A stretch of 64,000 nt of DNA from Capsulimonadaceae bacterium (GTDB taxonomy: Bacteria > Armatimonadota > Armatimonadia > Armatimonadales > Capsulimonadaceae): contig OZ244065.1 in the NCBI GenBank assembly GCA_965215505.1, positions 3,264,001-3,328,000 of the forward strand. The letters run 5' to 3'. The notes beneath the pieces were generated by a model. That model made no database searches. It was not told the origin of the DNA and was given only the letters and a program-made list of their open reading frames with translations. This document shows positions 27,761 to 37,513 of the stretch, one piece after another. The stretch's first letter is position 1, and every line of letters begins with the position of its first letter. The position numbers and the translations under genes are program-made.

Positions 27761-28768
27761 ATGAACACACAGCGCGCACAGGAGATATTAGACGGGTTCG
27801 TCGGCAAGAAGGTCCTCGTCATCGGCGACGTCATGCTCGACGAGTACGTCTGGGGGCGCGTCAGCCGCGTCTCGCCCGAGGCCCCGGTCATGGTCGTGGA
27901 CGCCGACAGCCACACCTTCGTGCCGGGCGGCGCGGCGAACGTCGTCAACAACGTCTGCGCCCTGGGCGGGGTCGCCCTGATCGCCGGGATCATCGGCGAG
28001 GACGGCGCGGCGGCGACCCTGAAGGAAAAGCTGGCCGAGGAGGGCGCGGACGTCGCCGGGCTGGTGGCCGTGGCGGAGCGGCCCACGACCCTGAAGACGC
28101 GCGTCATCGCCCACACCCAGCAGGGGGCGCAGCAGGTGGTGCGCGTGGACCACGAGCGGCGCGACGGCATCGGGGCGGACGTCCAGGCGCGCGTGCAGGA
28201 GTATCTGGACGCGGCCATCCCGACCTGTGACGCCCTGCTGCTGTCGGACTACCAGAAGGGCCTGCTGGTGCGGGACCTGGTCGCGAAGACGGTCGAGGCG
28301 GGCCGGCGGGGCGGCAAGGTGATGACGGGGAACCTCAAGCCCAAGGGCATCGCCGGCCACTGCCGGCTGACGATGATCACGCTCAACGTGTTCGAGGCCA
28401 GCGAGGCGTCGGGCCTGATGCTCGGCGACGGCGGCGGGGCGGACGAGGGGAACCTGCGCGAGGCGGGCCGGATGCTGCTGAAGAAGTCGGGCGCGGAGAA
28501 CGTCCTGATCACGCGCGGGGCGCACGGGCTGACCCTGTTCGGGCCGGAGAACTCCGTCGTCAGCCTGGCCGCCCACCCGGTCGAGGTCTTCGACGGCACG
28601 GGGGCGGGGGACACCACGATCACGACCCTGACATTGGCCCTTGCGGCGGGGGCGACGCCCCTGGAGGCGGTGACTCTGGCGAACGCGGCGGGCGCGGTGG
28701 TGGTGCGGAAATTGGGGGTGGCGACGGCCACGCGGGAGGAGATACTGGCGCAGGTGGCTTTGGATTAG
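27761..28768 (+). CDS. rfaE1: D-glycero-beta-D-manno-heptose-7-phosphate kinase (RfaE domain I, PfkB family)
   Basis: GDVMLDEY, SPEAPV, GGAANV, SDYQKG, DGTGAGDT. Confidence 0.9.
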   Translation: MNTQRAQEILDGFVGKKVLVIGDVMLDEYVWGRVSRVSPEAPVMVVDADSHTFVPGGAANVVNNVCALGGVALIAGIIGEDGAAATLKEKLAEEGADVAGLVAVAERPTTLKTRVIAHTQQGAQQVVRVDHERRDGIGADVQARVQEYLDAAIPTCDALLLSDYQKGLLVRDLVAKTVEAGRRGGKVMTGNLKPKGIAGHCRLTMITLNVFEASEASGLMLGDGGGADEGNLREAGRMLLKKSGAENVLITRGAHGLTLFGPENSVVSLAAHPVEVFDGTGAGDTTITTLTLALAAGATPLEAVTLANAAGAVVVRKLGVATATREEILAQVALD

Positions 28769-28813
28769 GGACCCGCCCCAGGCGGGGCGGGTCCGTTCCG
28801 GCTACTGTTCCGG

Positions 28814-29260
28814 CTACTGCGCGGCGGGCGGCGTCGCCGGGGCGGGAGTCGCCGGGGCGGCGGGCGGGGCGGCACCCTTCGGGGCGCGGAGATGGATCTC
28901 GGTGGCGACCGGCTTGTCGGCGTCGCCGCTGGTGCGGGCCGTGATGCGGGCGTCCACCGTCAGGTCGGCGAAGGTGCCGGTCGGGGACTTGCGGGTGTCG
29001 CCGACCTTGAAGATCTTCGTGCCGTCGGGCACGGACAGGACGGTCGGCGTCTTGCGGACCGTGACCGTGATGGTCTTGGCCGCGCTGTCCACCGACGTGA
29101 TCTTGCCGCTCAGGCGGTTAGGGGTCGTGGTCGGCGGCGGTGCGGGCGTCGCCGGGGCGGCGGGTGCCGGGGGCGTCGCAGGGGCGGGTGCCTGGGCGGA
29201 CGCGGCCAGCGGGGCCAGCAGGACGGCGGCTAGGGTCAGGGGGATGAAATGTCGCAGCAT
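28814..29260 (-). CDS. Secreted OB-fold protein (DUF5666-like) with Pro/Ala-rich flanks
   Basis: Signal peptide; GKITSVD...TITV...TKI...DL.V...A.EI. Confidence 0.7.
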   Translation of the reverse strand: MLRHFIPLTLAAVLLAPLAASAQAPAPATPPAPAAPATPAPPPTTTPNRLSGKITSVDSAAKTITVTVRKTPTVLSVPDGTKIFKVGDTRKSPTGTFADLTVDARITARTSGDADKPVATEIHLRAPKGAAPPAAPATPAPATPPAAQ

Positions 29261-29395
29261 TGGTCGTGTTCCTCCGGGATCGTCGTGGGTTGTTTCGGTT
29301 AATGGACGCAGGAGAATGGGGATTGTTCACGGAATAGCATTCCCCGACGGGAAAAGTACCGGGAAAGTACCAGGGAAAGTAAGGACGAAAAGTTT

Positions 29396-30139
29396 ATGAC
29401 CTATTGTTTAGGCGTCATGACCCGCGAGGGGCTGGTGATGATGTCCGACTCGCGCACGAACTCCGGCTACGACCAGGTGAACGTCTGCCGCAAGATGTAC
29501 ACGTTCGTGCTGCCCGGTGAGCGCGTCTTCGTGCTGCTGGCGAGCGGCAGCCTGTCTTTGACCCAGAGCATCATCACCCTGCTCGGGCGCGACTTCGACC
29601 GGGGCGTGGGGCTTGCCGCCGCGCCGTCGCTGTATGACGCCGCCCGCGTGGTCGGCGACCAGGTGCGCCAGGTGTCGGACCTCGACCGCGCCGCTTTGGA
29701 GCGCGACGACTACCGCTTCAACGTCCACTTCATCCTGGGCGGCCAGATCGGCGACCAGCCGCACGACCTGTACCTGGTCTACCCGCAGGGGAACCCGCTG
29801 CGGGCCACCGAGGACTCGCCGTTTTTGCAGGTCGGCGAGCACAAGTACGGCCGGCCCATCCTGGTGCGCGGCATCCAGTACGGCGAGACGCCGCTGGAGG
29901 AGGCGGCCAAGTACGCCCTGATCTCGATGGACTCGACGATGCGCTCCAACGTCACCGTCGGCCCGCCGATTGATCTGGCCGTCTACAAGGCGGGTGATCT
30001 GGAGATCACCAAGCGCCGCCGCCTGACCGCGAGCGACCCGGACCTCCGCAGCATCCACGTCCAGTGGGAGCTTGCCCTGCGCCGGGGCGTGAGCGAGCTG
30101 CCCAAGATTGACTTCGAGACGTTCGGGCAGAAGATCTAG
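29396..30139 (+). CDS. Proteasome-type protease (Anbu family)
   Basis: N-terminal TYC nucleophile, DSRTN.G.D, YPQGN, QVGEHKYGRPIL, SMDSTMRSNVTVGPPID. Confidence 0.93.
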   Translation: MTYCLGVMTREGLVMMSDSRTNSGYDQVNVCRKMYTFVLPGERVFVLLASGSLSLTQSIITLLGRDFDRGVGLAAAPSLYDAARVVGDQVRQVSDLDRAALERDDYRFNVHFILGGQIGDQPHDLYLVYPQGNPLRATEDSPFLQVGEHKYGRPILVRGIQYGETPLEEAAKYALISMDSTMRSNVTVGPPIDLAVYKAGDLEITKRRRLTASDPDLRSIHVQWELALRRGVSELPKIDFETFGQKI

Positions 30140-30161
30140 CGGCGACACGAGCCCCGAAACC

Positions 30162-30545
30162 ATGAACGCCATAAAAATCGTTGCACTGCCGCCAGGGGAG
30201 GCTCCCCAGGACGTGCGGGAGGCATGGGTCGGCCTGGTGCTACCATTGGCTCTGCCGGGTAGACGGCGAGGGAGGGGAGCGGGCGTTTTGACTGGTCCCA
30301 AGAGCCTTTTTCGCTGGCCCTTGTGGTATTTAGTAAACCGTCAGCCGGTTCAGCAGTGCTACGTCGTAGAGAGCGCGACAGCCATCAACATCCTTGCCTT
30401 CTACAATCCGGAGTCGGCCCGGTGGTGGCAGGAGAATACCCCCGACTTCCTCATCCCCGGCCGCCGCTTCATGTTCGCCGCTCAAGTCTGTGATGAAACA
30501 GAGGAAGCCGTGTGGCCCCCGCCGCCGGAGCGCCCTGCGGTGTGA
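30162..30545 (+). CDS. Hypothetical protein ending in VWPPPP
   Basis: PPGEAP.DVREAWVGL.LPL...ARWWQEN.P pattern. Confidence 0.7.
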   Translation: MNAIKIVALPPGEAPQDVREAWVGLVLPLALPGRRRGRGAGVLTGPKSLFRWPLWYLVNRQPVQQCYVVESATAINILAFYNPESARWWQENTPDFLIPGRRFMFAAQVCDETEEAVWPPPPERPAV

Positions 30546-30603
30546 GCAGCACAGCTGAGGAGCGGAAAATTCAGGATCGACTGAGCAGGGGAGTAGCAGG
30601 AGC

Positions 30604-30819
30604 ATGGTTTTGGAGTGGCTGGTAGGCGTGTTTCTGGCGGCAATGACGCCCGTGGTCATCGTCGGGATCGCAGGCTTCGCCGTCGCGCGCCTTGCGGGCC
30701 GGATCACCGCCCGTCACCAGGACCGGGAGTACCCGACAGCGCAGATGCTTGCCCTGACTTACCAAGAACCGCCCGAACAGTGGCCGCCTGCGCCGATCAT
30801 CGAGGCACCCTTAGACTAG
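30604..30819 (+). CDS. Small single-TM protein with WPPAP tail
   Basis: AGGAG RBS; N-terminal hydrophobic helix. Confidence 0.6.
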   Translation: MVLEWLVGVFLAAMTPVVIVGIAGFAVARLAGRITARHQDREYPTAQMLALTYQEPPEQWPPAPIIEAPLD

Positions 30820-30863
30820 TTCCCCCACCCAATCAGGCACGGCAGATGGAGGGCGGTTCAAAG

Positions 30864-31208
30864 ATGAAGCAAGAGCGACAAGAGGTTTCAGCGGAGGGCT
30901 ACGAGTCAAAGTGGGCCGCGCTCGCAGCCCGACAAAGGGCTGCTAAGGTGACTGTTGCGACGGAACTGTTTTCAGGGCTGTTGCTCGTCGGCCTGTTCCC
31001 ACATCCGATATTTGCTTACTTTTTGGCTTTCATGGCACTCTGCATTGGGGGCAATATCACCCTTTGGAACCGGGTCGCCGGCTTTCGCTGTCCGCGCTGT
31101 CATCAGAAGTTCTTTGACACGGGCCGGCGGCGTGATGTAGGATCGGGACGGTGCTTGCATTGCGGCCTGCCTAAAGGGGCGAAAGAAGAGAAAGGCGGGG
31201 GCAGGTAG
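30864..31208 (+). CDS. Two-TM protein with C-terminal zinc ribbon
   Basis: Two hydrophobic helices, CPRC...CLHCGLP. Confidence 0.65.
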   Translation: MKQERQEVSAEGYESKWAALAARQRAAKVTVATELFSGLLLVGLFPHPIFAYFLAFMALCIGGNITLWNRVAGFRCPRCHQKFFDTGRRRDVGSGRCLHCGLPKGAKEEKGGGR

Positions 31209-31345
31209 GCGGAGCATCCTGACACCGCCCTGCACCTGATGCCGCCTGCTGTTCTGTTTATTATCGGGTGGCGGCATCGCCGGTAAGTTTTACCGCTTGC
31301 CTTTCAACTGAGGTGGCCGCTGGCGGAGGTAATACGAGGCAACGT

Positions 31346-31582
31346 ATGGATGAGCGATTCGCTCGTTACCTTGTACGCGAGCTATGCTGGGAACTCGACC
31401 AGCATGATGTCGCGCCGCAAGAATTGAAGGAAGCCTTGGCGGGGCAAGCCGAAGTTTTATCCCACTCCGGCTATACGTCCTTGCGCGTTCGGGTCGCGTC
31501 TGCTGTCTTTGATGTAGGTCTGTCATGGCGCAAGGATATACCGCCCACTGTTAGAAAGCTGATAGACGGCGTAGTGCCATAG
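31346..31582 (+). CDS. Hypothetical protein
   Basis: Short, AT-richer ORF; no family recognised. Confidence 0.4.
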   Translation: MDERFARYLVRELCWELDQHDVAPQELKEALAGQAEVLSHSGYTSLRVRVASAVFDVGLSWRKDIPPTVRKLIDGVVP

Positions 31583-31683
31583 AACACTCTAATGAGGTCG
31601 TCCGGGTGAGCCTGGTCAAGCGCCTCGGCTGAGACGAAGCCGGGGCGCGGGCGAAAAAAGCGCGAAATAATTTCCGTGTGCCC

Positions 31684-31711
31684 TAAAGAAGCCGGAGACT
31701 TGCGCCTATAA
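31684..31711 (+). promoter_or_regulatory. Sigma28 (FliA/SigD)-type promoter
   Basis: TAAA-N16-GCCTATAA upstream of the flgM leader. Confidence 0.6.
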
Positions 31712-31771
31712 TAGAGGTGTCGCCGGGCAGAGTGTCCGCGACGCCGGGACAAAGACGAGAGAACGAAGACG

Positions 31772-31903
31772 ACTAATGGCAAACCCGCCGGCTGGACCGG
31801 CCCGCCCTGAGGTGGAGTCGAAAGACGGGGACGCAAAGCTAAAGGGTCTAAGGCAGCACCCCGGCTGGGGAAGAAGACGCTGCTATGACAGCCAAGCCGC
31901 CGC
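31772..31903 (+). ncRNA. Cyclic di-GMP-I (GEMM-I) riboswitch with inserted hairpins
   Basis: GGCAAACC...GUCGAAAGAC GGGGACGCAAAGCUAAAGGGUCUAAG...UAUGACAGCCAAGCCGCC. Confidence 0.9.
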
Positions 31904-31993
31904 ACCGCCTGCGTTATCGGGAGCATTCCTTCCGCCTGGGAGAGTCCCAGACGGAAACACCCAACTAGCAAGGCATATCAGGGGGCAACAACC

Positions 31994-32320
31994 ATGAAGA
32001 TTTCAAGCGAAGAGTCACAGCGGGCCGGGCGCATCCAGCCCCTCGCCCCGGCACAGTCCGGGTCGGCCCAGGCGCAGCCGACGGCCAAGGCGGTCCAGAG
32101 TCCCGCGGCCTCGGTCGAGGTGTCCGCCCAGGCGCAGGCCAAGGCGGCAGCGAAGGCAGAGGCGGCGCAGTACCTGCCCGCCGTCAACGCCGCGCCCGAG
32201 ACGCGCGATGATCTGGTTTCGCGGCTGAAATCACAGGTCGCGAGCGGCACCTATCACGTCAGCAGCGCGGACATCGCGGACCAGATCGTCCGCCGCGCCA
32301 AGGCGGATCGCGTCCAATAA
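31994..32320 (+). CDS. flgM: Anti-sigma-28 factor FlgM
   Basis: SVEVS...PETRDDLVSRLKSQVASGTYHVSSADIADQI. Confidence 0.88.
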   Translation: MKISSEESQRAGRIQPLAPAQSGSAQAQPTAKAVQSPAASVEVSAQAQAKAAAKAEAAQYLPAVNAAPETRDDLVSRLKSQVASGTYHVSSADIADQIVRRAKADRVQ

Positions 32321-32345
32321 TCAAAACCGTACAGATGGCCGGGAC

Positions 32346-32359
32346 CGTACATATGTTCG
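32346..32359. promoter_or_regulatory. Candidate LexA (SOS) box upstream of parA
   Basis: CGTAC-ATAT-GTTCG, similar to the boxes upstream of recA. Confidence 0.45.
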
Positions 32360-32514
32360 ATTGATGCAGGGCGAGCGGGAGAGCGCGTGGGCAGTGGCCA
32401 CGCGCTTTTTTGCGTTTCAAATTTGCCCCTCAAAGTGCCGGCAGGCAGGAGGTCAGGCGTCCCGCGTGGAATAAGGCAGCAGCATTCGGCTGTCAACACA
32501 AAGGAAACTCACGC

Positions 32515-33282
32515 ATGGCTTGGACATTGGCGGTCGTCAACCAAAAAGGCGGCGTCGGCAAGACGACCACGGCGGTCAACCTGGCCACCACTCTGGCCCA
32601 GGCGGGCCGCCGGGTGCTGCTGCTGGACTGTGACCCGCAGGGCAACGCGACCAGCGGCCTGGGCCGCAAGGAGACGGTGGAGCAAAGCATCTACGACGCC
32701 CTCACCGGGGGCGTCCCGCTGGCCGACATCATCCTCAAAGACGTCGGGGTGCCGGGCCTGGACCTCGCCCCGTCGTCCATAGACCTGGCGAGCGCCGAAC
32801 TGGAGATGTTCCAGGAGTTGTCTCGCGAAACCATCCTCAAGAAGATACTGAAGCCCGTCGAGAAGAATTACCAGTACGTCTTCATCGACGGCCCGCCCTC
32901 GCTCGGCCTGCTGACCGTGAACATCCTGACGGCCGCCGATGCCGTCCTGGTCCCCGTCCAGGCCGAGTATTATGCCCTGGAAGGCATTCAGCAGCTCATC
33001 AACAGCGTGGAGCGCGTCCGGCAGCACCTCAACCCGAAGCTCGCCATCGCCATGGTCGTCCTGACCATGCACGACGAGCGGATCAACCTGTCGCGTCAGG
33101 TGGTGGCCGAAGTCCGTGAGTTCTTCGGGGACATCGTCGCCAAAACCGTCATTCCCCGCAACGTCCGCCTCAGCGAAGCCCCCTCCTTCGGCCAGCCCAT
33201 CGCGCTGTACGACCCGAAATCCAAGGGGGCGGTCGCGTATGCCGATCTCGCACAGGAGGTAATTGCACTTGGAAAAGAATAA
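32515..33282 (+). CDS. parA: Chromosome partitioning ATPase ParA/Soj
   Basis: NQKGGVGKTTT, DPQGNAT, PPSLGLLT, IPRNVRLSEAPS. Confidence 0.96.
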   Translation: MAWTLAVVNQKGGVGKTTTAVNLATTLAQAGRRVLLLDCDPQGNATSGLGRKETVEQSIYDALTGGVPLADIILKDVGVPGLDLAPSSIDLASAELEMFQELSRETILKKILKPVEKNYQYVFIDGPPSLGLLTVNILTAADAVLVPVQAEYYALEGIQQLINSVERVRQHLNPKLAIAMVVLTMHDERINLSRQVVAEVREFFGDIVAKTVIPRNVRLSEAPSFGQPIALYDPKSKGAVAYADLAQEVIALGKE

Positions 33283-34249
33283 GCCGCTAGACAAGAGCCG
33301 CCTGGGGCGCGGCCTGTCGTCCCTCATCCCGCCGTCCGCCAAAGCGCCCGTGCCGGAGCGCCTGACGCGGACGGAAGCCGCCTCCCCTACTCCCGTGGAG
33401 GCGGCCCCTCCCCCACCCGCTTCCCAAGAAGCGCCGGACGCGGGCGTCCTCAACCTGCCCATCGCGAAGATCGTCGCCAACGCATATCAGCCGCGCACGG
33501 CCTTCGACGAAGCCGCCTTGCTGGAGCTGACCGAGTCGGTACAGGTCCACGGCGTCTTGCAGCCGGTCATGGTCCGCCCGCGCGGCGGGGGCCGGTACGA
33601 GCTGATCGCCGGGGAGCGCCGTTTCCGGGCCGCCCAGCAGGCCGGCCTGACGCAGATCCCCGCCGTCGTCCGCGCGATGACCGATGAGGAGTCGCTGACA
33701 GTGGCCTTGATCGAGAACATCCAGCGCGAGGACCTGAACGCGATGGAAGCCGCACGCGGCTACCGGCAGCTTTTGGACCAGTTCGGCGTGACGCAGACCG
33801 AGCTGGCGCGTCAGATCGGCAAGGCGCAGCCGACGATCGCGAACGCCCTGAGCCTCCTGCGGCTCCCTGCTGAGATGCAGGAGAGCATCGCGGCGGGCCA
33901 GATCACCATGGAGCACGGCAAGGCGCTCCTCACAGTGGCCTCGCCCGAGCGGCGGCAGTCACTGTGGCAGGAGATGGTGTCTGGGGGCCTGACCGTGGCC
34001 GAATCGCGCCGCCGCGCGGCAGAGTCATCGCCCCCGCCCCCCGCACGCCCCGGCAAGAGCGTACCAACAGCAAAAAGCGCCGCCACTCCCGAGGACAACA
34101 TCCACAACAAAGCCATGGAAGACCGTCTTCGCAGTGCCCTGGGGCTGAAAGTGACGATCCGCAGCCAGCCGCAGGGCGGGGGCGAGGTGATCATCGGGTA
34201 CGCTAACTGGGACGACATGGAGACGATCATAGACCGCATCGCGGGCTGA
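33269..34249 (+). CDS. parB: Chromosome partitioning protein ParB/Spo0J
   Basis: LGRGL, QPR..F, AGERRFRAA, ALIENIQREDLN, HTH; TTG start after AGGAGGT. Confidence 0.96.
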   Translation: MEKNKPLDKSRLGRGLSSLIPPSAKAPVPERLTRTEAASPTPVEAAPPPPASQEAPDAGVLNLPIAKIVANAYQPRTAFDEAALLELTESVQVHGVLQPVMVRPRGGGRYELIAGERRFRAAQQAGLTQIPAVVRAMTDEESLTVALIENIQREDLNAMEAARGYRQLLDQFGVTQTELARQIGKAQPTIANALSLLRLPAEMQESIAAGQITMEHGKALLTVASPERRQSLWQEMVSGGLTVAESRRRAAESSPPPPARPGKSVPTAKSAATPEDNIHNKAMEDRLRSALGLKVTIRSQPQGGGEVIIGYANWDDMETIIDRIAG

Positions 34250-34343
34250 ATTATTTGCCGGCAAATAGCATGACTCTAGAGTCACAGTATTTGCCGACGA
34301 ATGAAGCCGCCGATGTAAGTTGCCTATTAGAAAGAAACGCACA

Positions 34344-35639
34344 ATGAACGCCGAAGTCATCTCCGTCGGTACGGAACTCCTGCTGGGGCAGACCGTGGAC
34401 ACCGACGCCGTGTTCCTCGCCCAAATGCTCTCTCGTCTGGGCATCAGCATCCACCACCGCGCGACCGTCGGGGACAACGCGGAGCGGATGAAGGACACGC
34501 TGCGGCTGGCCTTCTCCCGCGCCGACCTCGTTATCACCGTGGGAGGGCTGGGGCCGACGCAGGACGACCTGACGAAAGAAATGGTCGCCGAGGTGCTGGG
34601 CGACACCTTTGTCGAGGACACGGCCCATTCGCAGTGGCTCCGGGATCGGATGAGCCTGCGCGGGTGGCAGAACCTGCCGCCTTCCTTCTGGAAGCAGGCC
34701 CTCGTGCCGGCGAGCGGCGGCGGCATCCCGAACCCGAATGGGACCGCTCTGGGTGCCTTGTTCGAGAAGGACGGCAAGATCGCGATCTGCCTGCCCGGAC
34801 CGCCGAACGAGCTGATCCCGATGGCCGAGGCCAGCGTCGAGCCGTACTTGCAGGAGAAGACTTCAGGCCAGAGGACCGTCCTCCAGTCCCGCATCTTAAG
34901 GATCGTCGGTATGGGCGAGTCGCTCGTGGAGGAGCGGGCGGCCGACCTGATGACAAGCGACAACCCCACTGTCGCCCCCTATGCCAAGACCGGCGAGGTG
35001 CATCTGCGGATCACCGCCCGCGCCGGATCGCCCGAGGAGGCGTCCGCGCTGATCGCGCCGCGCGAGGCGGCCATCCGCGAGCGGCTGGGGGAGGTGGTCT
35101 ACGGCGTGGACGGCGAGAAGCTGGAAAGCGTCGTCGTGGGCATGCTTGCCCTGATGGGCCGCTCCATCGCCCTGGCCGAGTCCTGCACCGGCGGCCTGAT
35201 CGCCAAGCGGCTGACCGACGTGCCGGACGCTTCGCGCGTCTTCGGGCTGGGGCTTGTCACCTACTCTAACGAGGCCAAGACCGAGTTCCTGGGTGTCCCC
35301 GCCGAAACCATCGCGCGCGTCGGTGCCGTCAGCGCGGAAACGGCGCGGGCCATGGCGGTCGGGGCGCGGCGAGCCGGCAAGGCGGACATCGGCGTCAGCG
35401 TAACGGGCATCGCCGGGCCGGGCGGCGGCTCGGAGGCAAAGCCCGTCGGGACGGTCCATATCGGGCTGGCCTGGGAGGGTGGGGCGGTCTCCGAGCATCA
35501 CCACCTGCTCGGCAGCCGGGCGGACATCGCCTACCGCGCCTCGCAGAACGCGCTGGCTCTGGTGCGCCGGTTCCTGATGGACCCCGAAGCGGTGCAGGCG
35601 GGGGCAGGGGACAGCTATGAATCACTTCTTCGCCATTAG
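34344..35639 (+). CDS. cinA: Competence/damage-inducible protein A (NMN deamidase)
   Basis: VGTELLLG, GGLGPTQDDLT, AESCTGG, TYSNEAK, TGIAGP. Confidence 0.95.
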   Translation: MNAEVISVGTELLLGQTVDTDAVFLAQMLSRLGISIHHRATVGDNAERMKDTLRLAFSRADLVITVGGLGPTQDDLTKEMVAEVLGDTFVEDTAHSQWLRDRMSLRGWQNLPPSFWKQALVPASGGGIPNPNGTALGALFEKDGKIAICLPGPPNELIPMAEASVEPYLQEKTSGQRTVLQSRILRIVGMGESLVEERAADLMTSDNPTVAPYAKTGEVHLRITARAGSPEEASALIAPREAAIRERLGEVVYGVDGEKLESVVVGMLALMGRSIALAESCTGGLIAKRLTDVPDASRVFGLGLVTYSNEAKTEFLGVPAETIARVGAVSAETARAMAVGARRAGKADIGVSVTGIAGPGGGSEAKPVGTVHIGLAWEGGAVSEHHHLLGSRADIAYRASQNALALVRRFLMDPEAVQAGAGDSYESLLRH

Positions 35640-36228
35640 GCTTCCACCGGAGGTCCGACAAACGGTTCACCAACTTGCCGAGGAGTGGCGGCCTCTCGTG
35701 ATGCGCTCAAGTTGGTACGATCCTGAAGACTATCACATCACGCTGAAGTTCTTGGGTAACTTGGACGAAACCGCACAGCCACGTTTAATCGAAGCCGCGC
35801 GGCCCGTCGCGGCGGCCACTGGGCCTCTTGTCGTCAAGGCCGCCCCGCCAGGCGGCTTCCCAGATATGCGCGCGCCCAATGTCCTTTGGGCCGGTGTCAG
35901 CGTCAACCCTGAACTGGACACGCTCGCCGCACACCTGAATCATGTCATGGCCGGTCTTGGATTTCGCCCGGAGCGCAGGCGGTATCAGCCGCACATCACG
36001 GTCGCACGGTGTCGCCTCAGAACTACCCACTTCGACAGGAACCAGGACGGCCTGGTGCCGGTGGATTGGCCTCTGCCGAGCGAACGTCTGTTCGTTGAGT
36101 TCACGGCGGACAGGTTTGTCCTCATGCAAACGCGGTCGGGCGAAGGGCGCGCAAACCGGACCGGCATGAGGTACAATACCGTACACACGTTCCCCCTCAC
36201 GGGCGCGCACTCATCAGAAGTATCCTAA
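35617..36228 (+). CDS. thpR: RNA 2',3'-cyclic phosphodiesterase (2H family)
   Basis: HITLKFLG and PHITVAR motifs; cinA-thpR-recA order. Confidence 0.92.
   Translation: MNHFFAIRLPPEVRQTVHQLAEEWRPLVMRSSWYDPEDYHITLKFLGNLDETAQPRLIEAARPVAAATGPLVVKAAPPGGFPDMRAPNVLWAGVSVNPELDTLAAHLNHVMAGLGFRPERRRYQPHITVARCRLRTTHFDRNQDGLVPVDWPLPSERLFVEFTADRFVLMQTRSGEGRANRTGMRYNTVHTFPLTGAHSSEVS
36081..36193 (+). promoter_or_regulatory. Candidate recA promoter inside thpR with two LexA boxes
   Basis: CGAAC-GTCT-GTTCG (36081-36094), -10 TACAAT (36172-36177), CGTAC-ACAC-GTTCC (36180-36193). Confidence 0.6.
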
Positions 36229-36277
36229 GACAGAAACGAAGAAGGAAGCAACCCGCCACGGCGGCAAGGAGAAACCA

Positions 36278-37297
36278 TTGGACAAAGAAAAAGCACTCGA
36301 AATGGCGCTGACGCAGCTCGAAAAACAGTTCGGCAAGGGCAGCGTCATGCGCCTGGGCGAGTCGCCCCGCATGACCGTCGAGGCCATCTCCACTGGGTCG
36401 CTGGCTCTGGACCTCGCCCTCGGCGTGGGCGGGGTGCCGCGCGGGCGCATTACGGAGATCCATGGGGCGGAGTCATCGGGCAAGACCACCATCGCCTACC
36501 ACATCGTCGCCGAGGCCCAGCGCCTGGGCGGTGTGGCGGCCTTCGTGGACGCCGAGCATTCGGTTGACCCGGAGTACGCCCGCAACCTGGGCGTGGACAT
36601 CAACAAGCTGCTCATCTCCCAGCCCTCTACGGGAGAGGAGGCCCTGGAGATCATGGACGCCCTGGTCCGGTCGGGGGCCATCGACGTGGTCGTGCTGGAC
36701 TCGGTCGCCGCCCTGGTGCCGAAGGCGGAGATCGAGGGCGAGATGGGCGACAGCCACATGGGCCTCCAGGCGCGTCTGATGTCCCAGGCCATGCGAAAGC
36801 TCAACGGCTCCATCTCCAAGACCAACACGGCGGCGATCTTCATCAACCAGATCCGCGAGAAGATCGGCGTCATGTTCGGCAACCCGGAGACGACGCCCGG
36901 CGGACGTGCCCTGAAGTTCTACGCCTCAGTCATGCTGGACGTGCGCCGGATCGAGACGCTCAAGCAGGGCACGGACATGGTGGGCAACCGGGTCAAGGTC
37001 AAGGTGGTCAAGAACAAGGTCGCCCCGCCCTTCCGCCAGGCCGAGTTCGACATCATGTTCGGCAAGGGCATCTCGCGCTCGGGCAGCATCATCGACATCG
37101 GCGTCGAGATGGAGCTGATCGCAAAGCGCGGCGCGTTCTTCTCCTACGGCGAGACGCGCATCGGCCAGGGCCGCGAGAACGCCAAGCAGTACCTGGAAGA
37201 GCACGTCGAGATGATGGACGAGCTGGAGAAGACCATCCGGGGCGACAAGAAGGCTGCCGAGATCCTGACCGTGGGCGCGGCGGAGATCGCGGAGTAG
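36278..37297 (+). CDS. recA: Recombinase RecA
   Basis: [45 protein letters not shown]. Confidence 0.99.
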   Translation: MDKEKALEMALTQLEKQFGKGSVMRLGESPRMTVEAISTGSLALDLALGVGGVPRGRITEIHGAESSGKTTIAYHIVAEAQRLGGVAAFVDAEHSVDPEYARNLGVDINKLLISQPSTGEEALEIMDALVRSGAIDVVVLDSVAALVPKAEIEGEMGDSHMGLQARLMSQAMRKLNGSISKTNTAAIFINQIREKIGVMFGNPETTPGGRALKFYASVMLDVRRIETLKQGTDMVGNRVKVKVVKNKVAPPFRQAEFDIMFGKGISRSGSIIDIGVEMELIAKRGAFFSYGETRIGQGRENAKQYLEEHVEMMDELEKTIRGDKKAAEILTVGAAEIAE

Positions 37298-37351
37298 GAG
37301 ACATTAGAGGGGGCGGCGTGAAGCCGCCTCCATGCAGCCCGAGAAAGCCGA

Positions 37352-37500
37352 GAGTGGTTGAAAACCACTCGCTAGAGCAAAGCGTCCTGCGGACGGAAGA
37401 CAGACGAAGAAGCCAATCACATCTACCGACAGGGCCTTCCTCCTGCGCCTATCTGTCGTCCGCAAGGACGCTTCTACTAGCGAGTGGTTTTCAACCACTC
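37352..37500. repeat. REP doublet with nested palindromes
   Basis: GAGTGGTTGAAAACCACTCGCTAG ... CTAGCGAGTGGTTTTCAACCACTC, plus inner aagcgtcctgcggacg / cgtccgcaaggacgctt. Confidence 0.85.
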
Positions 37501-37513
37501 ACCCTATGCCATT

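Noticed and set aside
34251-34302. tatttgccg direct repeat and palindromes between parB and cinA
   Set aside because: Single short instance with no recognisable family; function cannot be supported
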